The notes under the pieces: model-generated
The model's input: only the letters and a program-made list of their open reading frames with translations
What the model was told of the DNA's origin: nothing
Databases searched by the model: none
In this document: positions 15,865 through 18,976 of the stretch, piece by piece
How the letters are laid out: each line of letters opens with the position of its first letter
Position numbering within the stretch: the stretch's first letter is position 1
Translations under genes and position numbers: made by a program
From: an uncultured Fibrobacterales bacterium
Lineage (GTDB): Bacteria; Fibrobacterota; Fibrobacteria; Fibrobacterales; CAWVXU01
Assembly: GCA_963934255.1 (NCBI GenBank)
Contig: CAWVXU010000053.1
Span: forward strand, 1 to 18,976
Direction: 5' to 3'
DNA: 18,976 bases

Positions 15865-16865
15865 TGAAGGTAACAGTTGTTGGTACTGGAAGTTGGGGAC
15901 TTGCCATTGGAATAGTCTTAGCACAAAATGGCCACGAGGTACATTTTTGGGCTCGAAATAAAAAGACTCTTGATAGTTTAGCTAAGAATTCAGCATCGGA
16001 TCTCTTGCCTAATATTAAATTACCTGCAAATTTTATTTATCACAATGATTTGGCATCAGCATGTGCTGATAGTTCCTTAATCACTATCGTATTACCATCA
16101 AGCGCAATTCGCACTATATCATCACAGCTTAACCAGTTGAAACTGCCTAATGACACTCGTGTTATTAGTCTGACCAAGGGCATTGAACAAGAGTCACTCC
16201 TTCGGATGACTGAAGTATTAGTGCAAGATGTTTGCTGGCTTAAAGAAAGTAATTGTGGTGTATTGTCAGGTCCTTCTCACGCTGAAGAGGTTGCTCAAGC
16301 TACTCCTACTTCTGTGGTTGTGGCTTTTACTAACCTCAAAATTGCTACTGAAGTTCAAGAATTATTCTTCACAGAAAACTTCAGAGTTTATACATCTGAA
16401 GATGTGATGGGTGTTGAGCTTTGTGGTGCACTTAAAAATGTTATTGCCATAGCCACCGGGATATTAGATGGCCTCCAATTTGGTGATAACACCAAGGGCG
16501 CCCTTATATGTCGTGGTCTTGCCGAAATATCAAGGCTCGGCGAAGCTTTGGGATGTGGAGTAAGAACTTTCTCTGGTTTAGCAGGCATGGGTGACCTAAT
16601 TACTACTTGTATGAGTCAACACTCTAGAAACCGATCTGTAGGTTATCGCCTTGGTTCTGGTGAATCGTTAGCAGATATTTTAGCTTCCATGAAAATGGTT
16701 GCCGAGGGTGTTCCGACCACCAAGAGTGCTTTTCAATTAATGAAAAAATATGATATCGAAATGCCTATCAGTGAAGCAGTTTATGCAATTATTTACCAGG
16801 GCTCTAGCCCCAAAGCTGCAACTATTTCATTGATGAAAAGAGACCCCAAAATAGAGGGGTTTTAA
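15864..16865 (+). CDS. gpsA: NAD(P)H-dependent glycerol-3-phosphate dehydrogenase
   Basis: GTGSWG, TKGIE, LSGPSHAEEV, GALKNVIAIA, GDNTK, GLAGMGDL..TC.S.HSRN and AEG motifs. Confidence 0.97.
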   Translation: MKVTVVGTGSWGLAIGIVLAQNGHEVHFWARNKKTLDSLAKNSASDLLPNIKLPANFIYHNDLASACADSSLITIVLPSSAIRTISSQLNQLKLPNDTRVISLTKGIEQESLLRMTEVLVQDVCWLKESNCGVLSGPSHAEEVAQATPTSVVVAFTNLKIATEVQELFFTENFRVYTSEDVMGVELCGALKNVIAIATGILDGLQFGDNTKGALICRGLAEISRLGEALGCGVRTFSGLAGMGDLITTCMSQHSRNRSVGYRLGSGESLADILASMKMVAEGVPTTKSAFQLMKKYDIEMPISEAVYAIIYQGSSPKAATISLMKRDPKIEGF

Positions 16866-17261
16866 ATGAAATACGGTTTTGATAGAAGCGTTCGTTTGTA
16901 TTTTTCAATCTCTGATATTTCACAAATTACCGGTTTAGATTCTGATTCATTAGTTAATTGGGAAGAGGTTTTTCCGATTAAACCTACAAGAAATCGCGCC
17001 GCTAAAAGGGTCTATCGTCAGGTTGATTTACACAAGATTCAATGGATACAAATTCGTTTAAGTCAAAGTGTGAGTGATAAAGAGATTAATTCTGAGCTAA
17101 GTAGCTTTAGTCCTACTGAACTCAAACAAGTATTAGCTGAAGCTCAAGAACAGAATAGTCATATCAAAGAAGATGCTCACTATAGAGAAGAGTATCAACA
17201 AATTAGAGACAATCTAGTTGAGGTCCAGTCACTCCTCGAACGTGCTCGCCTCATTAAATAA
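16866..17261 (+). CDS. MerR-family HTH protein
   Basis: LYFSISDISQITG....L..WE..F.IKPTRN....RVYR..DL..I pattern with a helical C-terminus; ATG directly after the gpsA stop. Confidence 0.75.
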   Translation: MKYGFDRSVRLYFSISDISQITGLDSDSLVNWEEVFPIKPTRNRAAKRVYRQVDLHKIQWIQIRLSQSVSDKEINSELSSFSPTELKQVLAEAQEQNSHIKEDAHYREEYQQIRDNLVEVQSLLERARLIK

Positions 17262-17885
17262 TTCATCCAAATTATCAATTACTACAAATCCATACTTATT
17301 ATTTAGTAATCGTTCTTTTGATTGGTACCCCTGTGCTATTAATACACAATTGATACCGTGATTATAAGCAATTTCTGCATCATGTAATGTATCACCAATC
17401 ATCAAACAATCTGTTGCCACAAGAGTTTCTAGCCGAGCCTCTAATAGATGTGACTTTGAGTGAGCCATATCATTCTCAATACCATTAATTTCTCTAAAGA
17501 AATTTGTAAGTTCAAATTTCTTTAGCAGTAAATTTAATCGGCTATGCTGATATGCAGATAGAATTTCCATATCAATACCCATTTGCTTTATTTTACTTAT
17601 AGTAGAGCGTGTGGCCGGATAAAGTTGGAGTTTGGTTTCATCAAAATGATATTGCTGCATAAATTCTGAAGTAAGGTTTTCATACTCGTATTTGGAAAAA
17701 TCAAAACCGAGTGATTCATAATAGGTTTTAATTGGAAAACCAAATGAATTGAGATAGTCATCTTTGGTAAAAGACGGCACCCCATACTTGGAAGCCAAAT
17801 TACAGACAATCTCATAGCAATGATCTACATCATTTAAGAGTGTTCCATTCCAATCAAAGATCCATGTTTTTTCAATAGGTGTCAT
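17229..17885 (-). CDS. HAD-family hydrolase (phosphoglycolate phosphatase-like)
   Basis: IFDWNGTL (DxN variant), ILSA, conserved Lys and MIGDTLHDAE. ATG 17885 follows GGA; the track's longer start falls in the fbaA terminator tail. Confidence 0.88.
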   Translation of the reverse strand: MTPIEKTWIFDWNGTLLNDVDHCYEIVCNLASKYGVPSFTKDDYLNSFGFPIKTYYESLGFDFSKYEYENLTSEFMQQYHFDETKLQLYPATRSTISKIKQMGIDMEILSAYQHSRLNLLLKKFELTNFFREINGIENDMAHSKSHLLEARLETLVATDCLMIGDTLHDAEIAYNHGINCVLIAQGYQSKERLLNNKYGFVVIDNLDELFNEASTFEE

Positions 17886-17940
17886 TCGTTTTCCAATTGC
17901 TGGACGGTAAAATAGATATGCAAGTAAGATGCAAAATACC

Positions 17941-17974
17941 AAAAAAAATGCTGTCTCAAAACAGAGACAGCATT
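17941..17974 (-). terminator. Rho-independent terminator of fbaA
   Basis: Perfect 11-bp stem AATGCTGTCTC/GAGACAGCATT (17947-17957 and 17964-17974), 6-nt loop and a U-tract on the minus strand. Confidence 0.9.
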
Positions 17975-18025
17975 CTAATAACCTAAGCTGTATTCAAGCG
18001 TTAATACTTGAAAATCAGTTTAAAA

Positions 18026-18976
18026 TTAGATTTTACCTAGAGTTGTACCAGTTGCTTTAAGGTCAGATGCAGCTTGAATCAAACGATCAGCCATGCCACG
18101 CTCTGCTTTTTTAAGGTATGAACGAGGGTCGTAAACTTTTTTGTTTCCAACTTCGCCGTCTACTTTAAGAATTCCTTCGTAGTTTGTGAAGAAATGATCT
18201 ACAACTGGACGTGTGAAATGATACTGAGTGTCAGTATCAATGTTCATTTTGATAGTTCCATAGTTAAGTGTTTCATGGATGTCAGCAAGCTCTGAACCTG
18301 AACCACCATGAAATACTAGGAATGCAGACTCGGCAGCACCAAATTCTTTAGCGATAGCGGCTTGTCCATCACGCAGGATGCCAGGGTTTAATTTAACATT
18401 ACCAGGTTTGTATACACCGTGAACATTACCGAAAGTTGCAGCTAGCATATAAGGACCGATGTCTTTGAGTGCTTTATGTGTAGCAATCATATCTTCGGGA
18501 GTTGTGTAAAGGTTATCATTAGTCACTTCAGCTTCGTGACCATCTTCTTCACCACCAACAACACCAATTTCAACTTCAAGAATGATTCCAACTTTAGTAC
18601 AGCGCTCAAGAAGAACTTGTGAGTTTTTCAAATTTTTATCAAGAGAAACTGTTGATCCATCATACATATGTGAATTGAAAAGAGGCTCTTGTCCAGCAGC
18701 AACACGTTTTTCAGACTCTTCGATAAGAGGAATCAAGAAAGATTCGATTTTGTTGTCGTGACAGTGATCAGTGTGAAGAGCTACATTGATGTCATAATGA
18801 GCAGCCATAGCACGAGCGTAATCAGCAAGAGCGATTGCACCTTTTACCATGTCTTTTTGTCCTAGACCGGATGCGAACTCAGCTCCACCAGTAGAAACTT
18901 GGATGATACCATCACATTTAGCTTCAGCAAATGCAAGAAGTGCTGCATTGATGCCTTCTGAACTTACAATGTTAAC
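18026..18976 (-). CDS. fbaA: Class II fructose-bisphosphate aldolase; 5' end outside window
   Basis: The frame is open to the window edge (VNIVSSEGINAA...DGIIQVSTGGAEF), then LHTDHC, SHMYDGS, EIGVVGGEEDG, FGNVHGVYKPG, FHGGSG, KMNIDTD and YDPR. Confidence 0.97.
   Translation of the reverse strand, partial: VNIVSSEGINAALLAFAEAKCDGIIQVSTGGAEFASGLGQKDMVKGAIALADYARAMAAHYDINVALHTDHCHDNKIESFLIPLIEESEKRVAAGQEPLFNSHMYDGSTVSLDKNLKNSQVLLERCTKVGIILEVEIGVVGGEEDGHEAEVTNDNLYTTPEDMIATHKALKDIGPYMLAATFGNVHGVYKPGNVKLNPGILRDGQAAIAKEFGAAESAFLVFHGGSGSELADIHETLNYGTIKMNIDTDTQYHFTRPVVDHFFTNYEGILKVDGEVGNKKVYDPRSYLKKAERGMADRLIQAASDLKATGTTLGKI

Noticed and set aside
1599..17815. Other 60-82 aa ORFs nested in cmoB, the MORN gene, the OM protein, the lipoprotein, lplA, der, plsY, gpsA and the HAD gene
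   Set aside because: All lie within well-supported genes and show no recognisable motifs.
17840..17866. HAD motif I DWNGT lacking the second Asp
   Set aside because: FDWNGT is a common HAD subfamily variant and not evidence of inactivation.
17886..17942. Hydrophobic N-terminal extension on the HAD ORF in the track
   Set aside because: It starts within the fbaA terminator tail; ATG 17885 fits motif I spacing better.
1..18976. CRISPR arrays, tRNA/rRNA genes, riboswitches, prophage or defence genes
   Set aside because: No spaced repeats, RNA-gene signatures or such protein motifs were seen, and the only long intergenic region is explained by the IS remnant. A small ncRNA cannot be excluded without an Infernal/Rfam search.

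Overview
AT-rich, gene-dense bacterial chromosomal segment, mostly housekeeping. A TIGR02147-family gene together with SpoVG and Gram-negative envelope proteins suggests Fibrobacterota (Bdellovibrionota/Oligoflexia also possible); this is an inference. Gene order: TIGR02147 protein (partial, -); cmoA-cmoB (+); exported MORN-variant repeat protein (-); type I glutaminyl cyclase (+); nfu-pyrE-dcd-lipoprotein-OM barrel (-); pyrD plus a small OM barrel (+); LplA-like ligase (-); degraded IS256 remnant; spoVG coupled to a divergent comM/yifB (+); frameshifted receiver gene plus Hpt (+); der-plsY-gpsA-merR (+); HAD hydrolase (-); class II fbaA (partial, -). I saw no rRNA, tRNA or CRISPR array and no clear-cut new multi-gene system. 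Best leads: a receiver gene split at an in-phase A_AAA_AAC slippery heptamer, a recurring AWTTC-TANNNT-N6-ATG signal suggesting leaderless mRNAs, the spoVG-comM coupling, a class-2-like DHODH with a class-1 catalytic Cys, and a glutaminyl cyclase predicted to be its own substrate. All family calls come from motif recognition by eye, without database searches.
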